Assembly (NCBI GenBank): GCA_016182555.1
Contig: JACPGJ010000006.1
Coordinates: 1-53,289, forward strand
Direction of reading: 5' to 3'
DNA from: Candidatus Kerfeldbacteria bacterium
GTDB taxonomy: Bacteria > Patescibacteriota > Patescibacteriia > UBA9570 > XYC2-FULL-38-9
Length of the DNA: 53,289 nucleotides
Made by a program: the position numbers and the translations under genes. Position 1 is the stretch's first letter. Every line of letters begins with the position of its first letter. This document shows positions 29,853-40,055 of the stretch, in pieces. Below the pieces are notes generated by a model. It had not been told where the DNA came from, made no database searches, and saw nothing but the letters and a program-made list of their open reading frames with translations.

Positions 29853-32800
29853 ATGCCCAAAAAACAACAACAACCAAAAAATCTTTTTCGTCATTTCTTA
29901 GGTTTTTTGCTCATCTTTATTATCATCGCTTCGGTGTTATCGCTCTACAATTCGCCGTTTCATAAACCAGAAAAAGTGCCGTTTAATACGGTTGTGGAGT
30001 ATATTCAGCAAGGAAAAGTGCAGGACATTCAGGTCATTGAAGGCTCTCAGTTGAAAGTGACGTTGAATGACGAAGCGAGTACGGTGGTTGAATCGACCAA
30101 AGAAAGTAATGAAGCATTGCCAACGCTGCTGACAGCATACGGCATCACGCCAGAGCAACTCGCGAAAACCAGTATTTCTGTGGAAGGTACTAGTGGGTGG
30201 AAATTTTTTGTGGTGAATATTTTACCTATTCTGTTGCCAGCAGTTTTCATTATCTTCTTTTTCTGGTTGATGATGCGCCAAGTGCAAGGAACGAACAACC
30301 GCGCTATGATGTTTGGCCAAAATACAAGCAAATTGGTTGACCCAGAACGCAAAAATAAAACCACCTTTAAAGATGTAGCTGGAGCCACTGAAGCCAAAGA
30401 AGAGTTGACCGAAATTGTGGATTTTCTGAAAAACCCGAAAAAATATACTTCTATTGGTGCTCGTATTCCGAAAGGCGTGTTGCTGATGGGGCCTCCGGGA
30501 ACGGGAAAGTGTATTACCGGTGATTCTCTTGTGCTGACCAATAAAGGCATGATGCGTATTCAAGATGTGCCAAAATATTTCTTTGTCGATCCAGTGACCG
30601 ATAAAGTGCATGGTGCACAGGTTCCTGCCGTGGACCCAGCAGATTTATCAACCGCAACCGTTCCTGCCAGCCATTGGTATGATTTGGGTATGCAGCAAAC
30701 ATTGCGTATTCGCACCCAGCTCGGCTATGAGCTGGAAGGTACCCCAGAACATCCAGTATTGGTGTTGGACACGGGTGGCAGCATTCAATTTCGCCGTCTA
30801 GATGAATTAAAAGAAGAAGACAAGGTGGTCATCAAATATGGCACGAAACAATTTGGTTATTCAACGGCCATTCCTGATCAAGAAACGGCTTATATCATCG
30901 GTTTGCTGATTGGTGATGGATGCGTTACAGTTCGAGATCGACTCATCTTCTCCACTAGCGACGCAGAATTGTTACAGAAATTCAGTTCGTTTTTTGCAGA
31001 ACGGTTTGGATATGCAGTAAAGAAAACGAGCGGTCCGTATGATTGGATGGTTTCTGATCAAGCCATTTCAAGATTGTTTAGACAAGAGTATGGATTGGGT
31101 GCGTTGTATGCAAAAGACAAGGTAATTCCGGATACGATTTTACAAAGTCCAGAACATATTGTTCGTGCATTTTTGCAAGGGTTGTTTGATACTGATGGCA
31201 CAGCAACGAAAGATGGACAAGTGCAATTTTCCAGCGCAAGCAAAACGTTGGCAAAACAAGTGGGGTGTTTGCTGTTGAATTTTGGAGTAGTGAATCGAGT
31301 GCATGAACGTCAATTGAAAGTGAATGGTAAGAAATATTTCTATCTGGATATCACCGGTGATTTTTTGCGTGCGTTCTCTGAAGAAATTGGTTTTCAATTA
31401 ACACGAAAACAGCAGCGAGTGAATGAATATGTCGTCACGCATGAAACAAATTCGAATACAAATTTGTTGTATCATCAACAAACGGTATTTTCAGCTATTT
31501 GGAAAAAATTGGAATTGGCTGGCGTGGCGGTATATTCTACATTTGAACAGGCAAGCGGAGGAATGAATTATAAAAATTTGATTCGATATGTAAGTGGAGA
31601 GCGGAATCCCTCAGTGACCACGGCACGGAATTTTACAACTGCGGTGATGGAACTCGATTCAACAATGAATACACTGCCAGCATTCAACCAGTTAAATCGT
31701 TTAGCCAACGATAATTTCTATTTTACACCAGTGACCAAAATTACGGTGGGAGAAGCACGGGTGTATGATTTTACCGTTCCGCAGCGTCATTCATTTATTT
31801 CTAATGGGTTGGTGTCGCATAATACATTACTCGCTCGTGCAGTGGCAGGTGAAGCGAATGTGCCATTCTTTCATATTTCTGGTTCAGAATTCGTGGAAAT
31901 GTTTGTGGGCGTGGGTGCTAGCCGCGTGCGTGATTTTTTCCGTAAAGCCCAGAAAGCCGCACCAGCAATTTTATTCATTGATGAAATTGATGCCGTTGGG
32001 CGCCAGCGTGGAACAGGTTTGGGTGGTTCGCACGATGAACGTGAACAAACATTGAATCAAATTCTGACTGAAATGGATGGTTTTGATAACGAAACAAATG
32101 TGATTGTCATTGCTGCGACCAATCGCCCAGACGTTCTGGATCCGGCATTGTTGCGCCCTGGTCGGTTTGACCGCCGAGTCATGTTAGACCTGCCAGACAT
32201 TCGTGAGCGTGAAGAAATTTTGCATGTGCATGTCAAGAATAAAATGTTGCAAGAAGACGTGAAACTGAAAGTGCTGGCTCAGCGTACCACCGGTTTTTCT
32301 GGTGCGGATTTGATGAATTTGCTCAACGAAGCTGCCATTTTTGCGGCGCGTGAAAACCACAAAAAAGTATCTATGGAGAATTGTTTGGAATCGATTGATA
32401 AAGTATTACTTGGCCCACAACGCAAGAGTGTGAAGTATTCTGATCGTGAGAAATCTATTACGGCGTATCATGAAGCTGGCCATGCATTGGTAGCGCACAT
32501 GTTGCCCGATTCTGACCCGGTGCACAAAATTACGATTATCCCCCGTGGTCGCGCTGGTGGATATACATTGAAGTTGCCAGAAGATGATAAAAAGTTGCAT
32601 TCGAAGAAAGAATTGCTTGCCGATATTGCGGTTGCATTGGGTGGACATGCGGCAGAGCAGTTTCAGTTTGATGACATTACGACCGGTGCGTCGAGTGATT
32701 TAAGCAAAGCCACGAAACTCGCACGGAGTTTAGTGATGCATTACGGTATGAGTGAGAAAATGGGGCCACGAACATTTGGGGCAACGAGTGAGATGGTGTT

Positions 32801-33059
32801 TTTGGGCAAAGAAATTCACGAGCAGCGTGATTATAGTGAACAAACCGCGCAAGAGATTGATGCTGAAATTGCTTCTATTATTTCTACACAGTATACGGTG
32901 GTAAAAGAATTGATGAAAAAATATACACACAAACTCGATTTGATCGCTTCGAAACTGGTGGAAGTGGAAACCATTGAACGAGAAGCATTTGAAGCGTTGC
33001 TTGCCGATGTTCCGCCTGTCGGTAGCGCGGCTTCTCCTGTTGCCGAAGCAGCGGCATAG
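29853..33059 (+). CDS. ftsH: ATP-dependent zinc metalloprotease FtsH, intein-containing
   Basis: Two TM helices, TFKDVAG, GPPGTGK|intein|[30 protein letters not shown]. Confidence 0.97.
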   Translation: MPKKQQQPKNLFRHFLGFLLIFIIIASVLSLYNSPFHKPEKVPFNTVVEYIQQGKVQDIQVIEGSQLKVTLNDEASTVVESTKESNEALPTLLTAYGITPEQLAKTSISVEGTSGWKFFVVNILPILLPAVFIIFFFWLMMRQVQGTNNRAMMFGQNTSKLVDPERKNKTTFKDVAGATEAKEELTEIVDFLKNPKKYTSIGARIPKGVLLMGPPGTGKCITGDSLVLTNKGMMRIQDVPKYFFVDPVTDKVHGAQVPAVDPADLSTATVPASHWYDLGMQQTLRIRTQLGYELEGTPEHPVLVLDTGGSIQFRRLDELKEEDKVVIKYGTKQFGYSTAIPDQETAYIIGLLIGDGCVTVRDRLIFSTSDAELLQKFSSFFAERFGYAVKKTSGPYDWMVSDQAISRLFRQEYGLGALYAKDKVIPDTILQSPEHIVRAFLQGLFDTDGTATKDGQVQFSSASKTLAKQVGCLLLNFGVVNRVHERQLKVNGKKYFYLDITGDFLRAFSEEIGFQLTRKQQRVNEYVVTHETNSNTNLLYHQQTVFSAIWKKLELAGVAVYSTFEQASGGMNYKNLIRYVSGERNPSVTTARNFTTAVMELDSTMNTLPAFNQLNRLANDNFYFTPVTKITVGEARVYDFTVPQRHSFISNGLVSHNTLLARAVAGEANVPFFHISGSEFVEMFVGVGASRVRDFFRKAQKAAPAILFIDEIDAVGRQRGTGLGGSHDEREQTLNQILTEMDGFDNETNVIVIAATNRPDVLDPALLRPGRFDRRVMLDLPDIREREEILHVHVKNKMLQEDVKLKVLAQRTTGFSGADLMNLLNEAAIFAARENHKKVSMENCLESIDKVLLGPQRKSVKYSDREKSITAYHEAGHALVAHMLPDSDPVHKITIIPRGRAGGYTLKLPEDDKKLHSKKELLADIAVALGGHAAEQFQFDDITTGASSDLSKATKLARSLVMHYGMSEKMGPRTFGATSEMVFLGKEIHEQRDYSEQTAQEIDAEIASIISTQYTVVKELMKKYTHKLDLIASKLVEVETIEREAFEALLADVPPVGSAASPVAEAAA
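30510..31823 (+). mobile_element. Intein (438 aa) with LAGLIDADG endonuclease in the FtsH Walker A motif
   Basis: Starts CITGDS; block B GTPEHP; IGLLIGDGC and [10 protein letters not shown]; ends VYDFTV...[10 protein letters not shown] followed by Thr. Confidence 0.95.
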
Positions 33060-33082
33060 GAGTATAGTAGAGGAGGAATTCT

Positions 33083-34057
33083 ATGCAATTGTATCGCACT
33101 CTTTTTCAACAATCTTGGTTGATCACCAAACGCCATAAGCTGTTATGGTTTTTTGGTTTCTTCGCTTTGTTTTTTGGTGGAAAAGGGTTGGACATTGAAT
33201 TGTTTTTCACGAATGCGAAATTGATTGGCAGTCACGCCAGCCCATTTCAGCCGACATTTTGGGAACAAAAAAATTGGACCACGGTATTAGATCTATTTGG
33301 TTGGCGCGCTTCGGTATTGATTGCGTCACTGTTGCTGCTTGGTCTGCTCGCGCTGGCCGTAATGATGATTTCGCAAATTGGTTTAGTGGATGCCTTTGGC
33401 CGATACGCTCGTGCCAAGAAATCGGCCACTATATATACTGTTGATCATGCATTGCAAGCAACCCGTGAGCATTTTTTTCCGGTGCTTGGGGTGAATGTTC
33501 TTGGGCGATTGGTGGTGTACGGGTTGTTGGCCGTGGTTGCTTCGCCATTATTTTTTGGCCGCTATAACACATCACATTTTACTTCAACTGTGGTGCTCTT
33601 TTTTGTCTTGATGCCCATTGCCGTGGTTGTTTCCTTAGTAGTGAAATATGCGGTGAATTTTATGGTGTTAAAAGATTATACATTCCGCGAAGCGTTGCGT
33701 TCTGCATGGCAACTCTTTCGAAGAAATATTGGTCTGTCCATTGAAATGGCGGTGGTGATGTCGATGGCGTTTTTTGTAGCGAATGTGGTGGGTATTGTTG
33801 TTGGAGTGTTGGTGACCATGCCGTTGTTATTGCTCGCCATGGTATCTGCGCTGTTGTTTCAATCCGTGGCTATGGTAGCGCTCTATTATTTTGCTGTGTA
33901 TTTTGCGATTGTGGTGGGGTTAGTTGTGACGGCAATTATTTTCTCTGCATGGCATTTTGGAAATTGGACGTTGTTGTTTTTGGAGTTGACAAAAGAGGAT
34001 AAACGGTCGACAATACACCGGCTTTTCCGCGGTGAAAAAATCACCGGCATTTCATAA
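33083..34057 (+). CDS. Multi-pass membrane protein
   Basis: Multiple TM segments; LLWFFGFFA N-terminal motif. Confidence 0.75.
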   Translation: MQLYRTLFQQSWLITKRHKLLWFFGFFALFFGGKGLDIELFFTNAKLIGSHASPFQPTFWEQKNWTTVLDLFGWRASVLIASLLLLGLLALAVMMISQIGLVDAFGRYARAKKSATIYTVDHALQATREHFFPVLGVNVLGRLVVYGLLAVVASPLFFGRYNTSHFTSTVVLFFVLMPIAVVVSLVVKYAVNFMVLKDYTFREALRSAWQLFRRNIGLSIEMAVVMSMAFFVANVVGIVVGVLVTMPLLLLAMVSALLFQSVAMVALYYFAVYFAIVVGLVVTAIIFSAWHFGNWTLLFLELTKEDKRSTIHRLFRGEKITGIS

Positions 34058-34084
34058 TATTTTCTGATTATCCGTACGCACTAG

Positions 34085-34158
34085 GCTCCCGTAGCTCAGT
34101 TGGTTAGAGCACCGAGCTTATATCTCGGCGGCCTCAGGTTCAAGTCCTGACGGGAGTA
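34085..34158 (+). tRNA. tRNA-Ile(TAT)
   Basis: GCTCCCG/CGGGAGT acceptor; CCGAG-CT-TAT-AT-CTCGG anticodon arm; GTTCAAG T-loop. Confidence 0.9.
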
Positions 34159-34171
34159 CAGATAATAGGTA

Positions 34172-34202
34172 TAAAAAATCACCCCTGCGCGGGGTGGTTT
34201 TT
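34172..34202 (+). terminator. Terminator after tRNA-Ile(TAT)
   Basis: AAAAAATCACCCC-tgcgc-GGGGTGGTTTTT. Confidence 0.8.
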
Positions 34203-34391
34203 ATTCTTCTGAATATCACTGCAGTGGTGTACAGAAGAATAACGAATGACGAGCCTACAGCCTCCTCTCTATTGGTTCGTCATTCACGCCTTGAGGCCTT
34301 AGAAGCAGTCGCTCTTGACAAAGTGAATGAAATGCTGAATATATATACGTCGACTCAACGATGAGTTTGACTTTTATGGCCCCCAACCCTC

Positions 34392-35059
34392 AAAGAAAGA
34401 AGGGAAAGTACATGAAAACGCTCTTTCACAGGTTCTCTCTCGCCGTTGCTCTCCTGTGTTCTTCCGTCGCCTTCGCTGAAGACCCCGCACCTGCTCAAGC
34501 ACCGCCTCTGGATGCGAAGGATGCGACGGCCATTCGGAACGATGTGAAGCAGCTCGGGCAGATCTTCGGCATCCAGTCGAACTTGCCTGCAACTCCTAAG
34601 TCTCAGGATGGGACAACGAAGGATTCTGCGCCTCAGAAGACCATGGCCGATGTTGCCGACAAGGCTGTCACCATGGCCGGTCAGGCCATCGCCAGCATCG
34701 CTGCCAACGTCCAGAAGGTGGCGCCCGAGGTCTGGCGAATCATGTTGCTTCAGCAGGTAGTGAAAGGGGTCAAAGGGATCATCATCCCGGTCGGCATCCT
34801 GATCCTCCTGCAGGTCTACATCTTCTTCGTTAACCGCTACTGGTGGAAGGCGCCTGAGGCTCCGAAAACCGAACCTGATGACACGCATACGTGGCGTATT
34901 ATTATTACCCGCGTCGTGCCCATCATGTTCTCGTTCGGATTCGCCATCTGGTGTTTCGTCGCGCTGGCGGATGCGGCGGGGTATCTGATCAATCCCGAAT
35001 TCTACGCGATTCAGGATCTCCTCAGAATCATATTGAGCTCAAACGAGGTCCCTCAGTAA
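34392..35059 (+). CDS. GC-rich membrane protein with signal peptide, likely horizontally acquired
   Basis: Signal peptide ending AFA, two TM helices, C-terminal INPEFYAIQDLL; codons end in C/G unlike the neighbouring genes. Confidence 0.75.
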
Positions 35060-35441
35060 CACAATGGAGGAAATATGGGCAACCATATTCGAGATGGGCC
35101 GTAGAGCCTATCAACGCTGCTGTACAGCAAATGTACAGATGAAAAGAGCATACAGCTCCAGCGTTCGGTAGGCTTTTTTCATTCCATTACTCACTTTGAA
35201 GGTGGTACGGTTCTATTGCAAAGTTAACCAATAATGAAAGAGAAATTACAACTTTACTGCACAAACTTCTTGCGTAATCTTTTGCTTTGCAACAGTTTCT
35301 GCTATTTGGTTCCAGTATATCATTGCATCAGCATTTCTCAGGATAATCGCAAAGAGTTCGTGTGAGTTCTGTGCTAGAGTACAAAACAAACAATTGACAG
35401 TCATCACAAAGCTGCGTAGACTACACAATGCTTTCTTATAG

Positions 35442-35518
35442 GGGCGGTTAGCTCAGTTGGTTAGAGCGCTTGCTCGACACGCAAGAGGTCACAAGTTCGA
35501 ATCTTGTATCGCCCACCA
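35442..35518 (+). tRNA. tRNA-Val(GAC)
   Basis: GGGCGGT acceptor; CTTGC-TC-GAC-AC-GCAAG; encoded CCA. Confidence 0.92.
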
Positions 35519-35613
35519 CATGCTAGTACATCAGAGCCTGCAAATGCAGGTTCTTTGTCGCCGGTGCTTCGGCCGTGCTACAATAGACCGGTTAACAAGA
35601 TAATGATTATTTT

Positions 35614-36477
35614 ATGCCTGTTCGTAAATCAAACAAACCCAAAACGACGCAAAAAAAAACACGCCCAACGCGCAAATTGAAACCGCGCGATGGTGCTATG
35701 CCGAAACCGTCATTTACGCATACATACCAGACGCCATCACAGCGCAAAACCTATAGCCAAGAAGAACAAACCCGTAAAGCTACACTGGCTGGCGAAGTGA
35801 TTCACCCATCAGAATTTAAAAGTGGCCGCGCGACCTGGCGTATTTTTCGTATTATGGCCGAATTTGTGGAAGGGTATAATTTTTTATCGAAATTGACTGC
35901 AGATATTACTATCTTTGGTTCTGCACGTACAAAACCGGGAGAAAAGTATTATAAAGTAGCAGAGAAACTGGGTCGCTTGCTTGCACAAGAAGGATTTTCG
36001 GTGATTACGGGCGGTGGCCCAGGTATTATGGAAGCGGCGAATAAAGGAGCCTACGAAGCTGGTGGTGAATCGATTGGCCTTGGTGTGCAATTGCCTTTCG
36101 AACAGCGTATGAACGATTATATTTTGCATGGTATTGGTTTCAATTTTTTCTTTACCCGAAAAGTCATGCTCACTTCGCCATCACAAGCATTTATTGCTTT
36201 TCCCGGTGGCTATGGCACGATTGATGAAATTTTTGAAGTGCTTACATTGATTAAGACTCACAAAATGCAGCCGGTACCAGTGATTTTAGTTGGCAAAGAA
36301 TTTTGGGGACAATTGCGCAAGTTTTTGAAAGAACAGATGCTCGACAAACACCAAACCATCAATGAAGAAGAGCTTCATGTGTTTGATATTGTGGATACCG
36401 CAGAAGAAGCTATACAAATTTTGCGCCAACGCATTGTATCGCGTGATAGCATGACTCAAGTATTGAATCAGGAATAG
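35614..36477 (+). CDS. LOG family nucleotide phosphoribohydrolase (TIGR00730-like)
   Basis: IFGSAR, ITGGGPGIMEAANKGA, FFTRK, PGGYGTIDE. Confidence 0.93.
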   Translation: MPVRKSNKPKTTQKKTRPTRKLKPRDGAMPKPSFTHTYQTPSQRKTYSQEEQTRKATLAGEVIHPSEFKSGRATWRIFRIMAEFVEGYNFLSKLTADITIFGSARTKPGEKYYKVAEKLGRLLAQEGFSVITGGGPGIMEAANKGAYEAGGESIGLGVQLPFEQRMNDYILHGIGFNFFFTRKVMLTSPSQAFIAFPGGYGTIDEIFEVLTLIKTHKMQPVPVILVGKEFWGQLRKFLKEQMLDKHQTINEEELHVFDIVDTAEEAIQILRQRIVSRDSMTQVLNQE

Positions 36478-36500
36478 CCACCTTAACGATTTCATTATCT

Positions 36501-37445
36501 ATGCCCAAAAAAATTTCGCCAAAAGAGTTTGTGGTGATTGTTGACCAAGCGCACAATGATTGGCGATTAGATCAATTTCTCACCGAACAGATGACGGGTG
36601 TTTCACGTTCGCAAATTCAACGGTTAATTGTGGGAAAGCGAGTGCGCGTGAATGACAAAGCGGTGAGTAAGCACCATTTTTTGCGTACGGGTGACCATGT
36701 GGTGGTGATGCAAGATGATGTGTCTGATGCCCCACAGGAAAAACCAGCAGTTATTATTCCAACGATTTCGATTCTTTTTGAAGATGATGCATTGATTGTT
36801 TTGGATAAACCGGTTGGAGTATTGGTCCATGCGGCTGCGCATTCTTCTGATTCGACGGTGGTTGATTTTTTACTTAATCATTGTTCGCAAATTGCGAGCG
36901 TAGGAGATGATGCAGCGCGCCCAGGCATTGTACATCGGTTAGATAGACCGGTGTCTGGTGTGTTAATCGTGGCGAAAACGGCAGAAGCATTTACGGCATT
37001 GAAAAAACAGTTTAGTGAACGCACAGTGGAAAAGGAATATCGTGCTATTGTTCATGGTAAACCATCCCGTGAAGTAGATACGATTCGGTTTGTGATTGCG
37101 CGCTCTCGCACCCGTTCTGGGAAAATGGCCGCACGACCAGAGCATGAAGAAGGCAAAGATGCTTGGACCGAATATGAATTGATCCAGTCCACGCCACCAT
37201 ATAGTGAATTGCTTGTGCGCATTAAAACTGGGCGAACTCACCAAATACGTGCTCACTTAGCCGCGATTAACTGTCCCGTTGTTGGCGATCCATTATATAC
37301 TTCGAAGCAATATCGGTCTGGCAAATATCCACGGCTGTTTCTCCATGCCCATCGGTTGAGTATCACCCACCCCTTGACTCACAAAAAGATGACTTTTGTA
37401 TCGCCTATACCCGCCGTGTTTCCAGAATTTCTTCAGCGGGCTTGA
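36501..37445 (+). CDS. RluA/RluD-family pseudouridine synthase with S4 domain
   Basis: RLDQFL...SRSQIQ, DKPVG, RPGIVHRLD, TGRTHQIRAHL. Confidence 0.95.
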   Translation: MPKKISPKEFVVIVDQAHNDWRLDQFLTEQMTGVSRSQIQRLIVGKRVRVNDKAVSKHHFLRTGDHVVVMQDDVSDAPQEKPAVIIPTISILFEDDALIVLDKPVGVLVHAAAHSSDSTVVDFLLNHCSQIASVGDDAARPGIVHRLDRPVSGVLIVAKTAEAFTALKKQFSERTVEKEYRAIVHGKPSREVDTIRFVIARSRTRSGKMAARPEHEEGKDAWTEYELIQSTPPYSELLVRIKTGRTHQIRAHLAAINCPVVGDPLYTSKQYRSGKYPRLFLHAHRLSITHPLTHKKMTFVSPIPAVFPEFLQRA

Positions 37446-37511
37446 AACTTGACGCAACAGGCTGTCTTTTGTATACTACGAAAGCTTTGAATTTTAATTG
37501 AATTTTTTTGT

Positions 37512-38048
37512 ATGTCCGATACGGAGAAAAAACCTGAAGAAGAAGGCCAAACAGAGCCACAAACAACCCCAACAACACCCGAAACTACGCCAACTCCAGC
37601 AGAAACCGCTCCCGCAGCAGCGGTGGAAGAGACGCCTGCTCCAGAACCAGTGGAAGACCCAGAAAAAATTGCGCAGCAAGAAGCCTTGGCTAAACAACAA
37701 GCCGAAGAAGAACGTATGGCTGCCGAGACTCTGGCTCGTACTAAATATGATTCCCTTCGCCCGGGCATGACTATTCGTGTTCACCAGAAAATTAAAGAAG
37801 GAGAAAAAGAGCGTATTCAGGTTTTCCAAGGCATGATTATTGCATTGCGTGGAAAGACACATGAAACGAAAACCATCACCGTTCAGAAAAATTCATTTGG
37901 CGTGTTGGTTGATAAAATTTTCCCCCTTGCCTCACCACTCATTGATAAAATTGAAATCGTCAAAGTGGCTCGTGTTCGCCGCGCCAAATTATATTTCTTG
38001 AAGAAATACGGCAAACGCCTCAAAGAGACATTGGTGAGACAATCGTAA
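37512..38048 (+). CDS. rplS: 50S ribosomal protein L19 with long N-terminal extension
   Basis: RPGMTIRVHQKIKEGEKERIQVFQG...VRRAKLYFL. Confidence 0.95.
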   Translation: MSDTEKKPEEEGQTEPQTTPTTPETTPTPAETAPAAAVEETPAPEPVEDPEKIAQQEALAKQQAEEERMAAETLARTKYDSLRPGMTIRVHQKIKEGEKERIQVFQGMIIALRGKTHETKTITVQKNSFGVLVDKIFPLASPLIDKIEIVKVARVRRAKLYFLKKYGKRLKETLVRQS

Positions 38049-38072
38049 TATAACGTGGCCACGGCCACACAC

Positions 38073-38155
38073 GCCCAGGTGGCGAAACTGGTACACGCAC
38101 TACCTTGAGGTGGTAGCGCCCACAAGGCATGGAGGTTCGAATCCTCTCCTGGGCA
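38073..38155 (+). tRNA. tRNA-Leu(GAG)
   Basis: GCCCAGG acceptor; CTACC-TT-GAG-GT-GGTAG; long variable arm. Confidence 0.95.
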
Positions 38156-38255
38156 CAGCGATATTGTGAGGCTCATTGGCATGCATGGAACACCATTGAA
38201 GTTTTTTCAATATTTTGTTACGCTAGAGTCATAAAATAAAAATGAACAATAGCGT

Positions 38256-38540
38256 ATGAACCACCATGCCATGCAGAGCAAGGATGTTACGCTTGAAAAT
38301 TGGCAATTTGCTCTTGCTCCATTAAGCGAAGAGGAACAGCGAAAAATTCATGTCGCGTTGCTTGGGGTGCATACCTTAGCGCAACATGTGCGTACGGATA
38401 GTTCGGTTGGCGAACTTGATTTTGTTGCCGGGTGTATGGCCGACCTGATTTGCAACGACATTAACACAAAAGTACAGATACGCAAGTTACTCAATCATGC
38501 ACTGGCCCGTGCGCTGCAAGAAGGCGCAGAAAAGAAATAA
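38256..38540 (+). CDS. Hypothetical protein
   Basis: 94-aa ORF filling the space between two tRNA genes. Confidence 0.55.
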   Translation: MNHHAMQSKDVTLENWQFALAPLSEEEQRKIHVALLGVHTLAQHVRTDSSVGELDFVAGCMADLICNDINTKVQIRKLLNHALARALQEGAEKK

Positions 38541-38543
38541 TAA

Positions 38544-38620
38544 GGACGGTTAGCTCAGTTGGTTAGAGCATCTGCTTTACACGCAGAGGGCCGCAGGTTC
38601 GAGTCCTGCACTGTCCACCA
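38544..38620 (+). tRNA. tRNA-Val(TAC)
   Basis: GGACGGT acceptor; TCTGC-TT-TAC-AC-GCAGA; encoded CCA. Confidence 0.95.
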
Positions 38621-38641
38621 CATATAGTTATTACATCCATC

Positions 38642-39682
38642 ATGGACAAAAAAATCGAGCAATATATTCGTGAGCAGATTTTGCCACACTATCCCATCAA
38701 TGGAGTGTTGCATATTGCGCCGATTGAATTGAGTTTAATCAACCGGAATTTTTATATTCACACACAAGAAGGTGCGTTCATTTTGCAGCGCATGGCCAAG
38801 ATTTTTACCACGGCGACAGTGGAAGATATGGCGAAAGTGATAGAACATTTGACACACAAAGGTATTTCCACATTAGAACTTATCCCAGCAATAGATGGCC
38901 ACTGGTATTATGAAGACCAGCGTGGGTATTTGTGGAAACTCATGGTCGCGGTAGATGGCGAGACCTACCATGTCGTGCCTAACACTCATATTGCGTATGA
39001 AGCCGGAAAATTACTTGGTGCGTTTTTATATGGTTTGAAAGATTTTGATTATACGCAATTAAAAAATCCGCTGCGTTTGCATAATACGCAAGAGATTATT
39101 GATCGGTACAATAGAGTTTTTGAACAGCTTTGTGCGCAAGAATCAGACGAGATATTTCGTGAGGCATATATCTCTATTCATAAAGAATTACCCCAGTCTT
39201 TACTGCCTGCCACATTACCATGGTCCGTTGTGCATGGTGACCCTAAAATATCGAATTTTATTTTTGGGCATGGGTCTGATGGGCAAGGGATTTGCATGAT
39301 CGATTTAGATACGACGATGCACCATACGCCGCTGGTGGATATCGGCGATGGTTTGCGTTCGTGGTGTGGGCAGCATGAGGAAGATCCGAACAACACATTT
39401 GCGCTGGATATTTTTGAAGCAGCAATGCGTGGGTATTTTTCAGTGATGCCGCTTTCGCCACTCGAAGTGAATCATGTGTACACGGCGATTCGTATGATTA
39501 CGCTTGAACTGGCAGCGCGCTTCGCCACCGATGTAGTGGACGATAACTATTTCGGTTGGAACGATGCCTTATTCCCTTCGCGCAAAGCCCATAATCGTGC
39601 CCGGGCATATAGCATGGTGGCGTTGGCACGAGATGTTGCTACCAAAGAACAAGAAATTCGTGATATACTTCACGGTATATGA
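38642..39682 (+). CDS. APH/choline-kinase-fold phosphotransferase (N-acetylhexosamine 1-kinase-like)
   Basis: LINRNF, FILQR, VHGDPKISNFIF, CMIDLDT, DIGDGLRS, LELAARF..D...DNYF. Confidence 0.8.
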   Translation: MDKKIEQYIREQILPHYPINGVLHIAPIELSLINRNFYIHTQEGAFILQRMAKIFTTATVEDMAKVIEHLTHKGISTLELIPAIDGHWYYEDQRGYLWKLMVAVDGETYHVVPNTHIAYEAGKLLGAFLYGLKDFDYTQLKNPLRLHNTQEIIDRYNRVFEQLCAQESDEIFREAYISIHKELPQSLLPATLPWSVVHGDPKISNFIFGHGSDGQGICMIDLDTTMHHTPLVDIGDGLRSWCGQHEEDPNNTFALDIFEAAMRGYFSVMPLSPLEVNHVYTAIRMITLELAARFATDVVDDNYFGWNDALFPSRKAHNRARAYSMVALARDVATKEQEIRDILHGI

Positions 39683-39909
39683 AATATCTATTTGGTATAC
39701 TACTCATTGTTTTAGGATTCGTCGTTATTTGGAAAACGAATTGGTTTCTTCAAATGTTTGGCCGTAATGCCTGGGCAGAAGAAAAATTTGGATATGGTGG
39801 AACATGGACGATGTATAAAATACTGGGTGTTCTTTTGATTATCGTCGCATTCTTGGTCATGTCTGGTGGTGCATTCAAGGTTCTTGACTTTCTCTTTATC
39901 CCAGGCTAA
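39679..39909 (+). CDS. Small two-TM membrane protein
   Basis: ATGA overlap with the kinase; FGRNAWAEEKFGYGGT between two TM helices. Confidence 0.75.
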   Translation: MKYLFGILLIVLGFVVIWKTNWFLQMFGRNAWAEEKFGYGGTWTMYKILGVLLIIVAFLVMSGGAFKVLDFLFIPG

Positions 39910-39937
39910 ACTGTGTAGGCATTTTCGTATATCTTAC

Positions 39938-40010
39938 GGGCCCGTAGCTCATTTGGTAGAGCACCTGCTTTGCACGCAGGGGGCGAGGAGTTCGAGTCTC
40001 CTCGGGTCCA
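39938..40010 (+). tRNA. tRNA-Ala(TGC)
   Basis: GGGCCCG acceptor with G3-U70; CCTGC-TT-TGC-AC-GCAGG. Confidence 0.95.
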
Positions 40011-40055
40011 CAACTGCTACATATAAAAACGAGATTATTTTTTAACAAATTTTTT

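Noticed and set aside
34355-34888. 177-aa antisense ORF
   Set aside because: Expected shadow of a GC-rich gene on the plus strand
35064-35428. Small ORFs after the GC-rich gene
   Set aside because: No recognisable motifs; one overlaps the tRNA-Val promoter; cannot be supported
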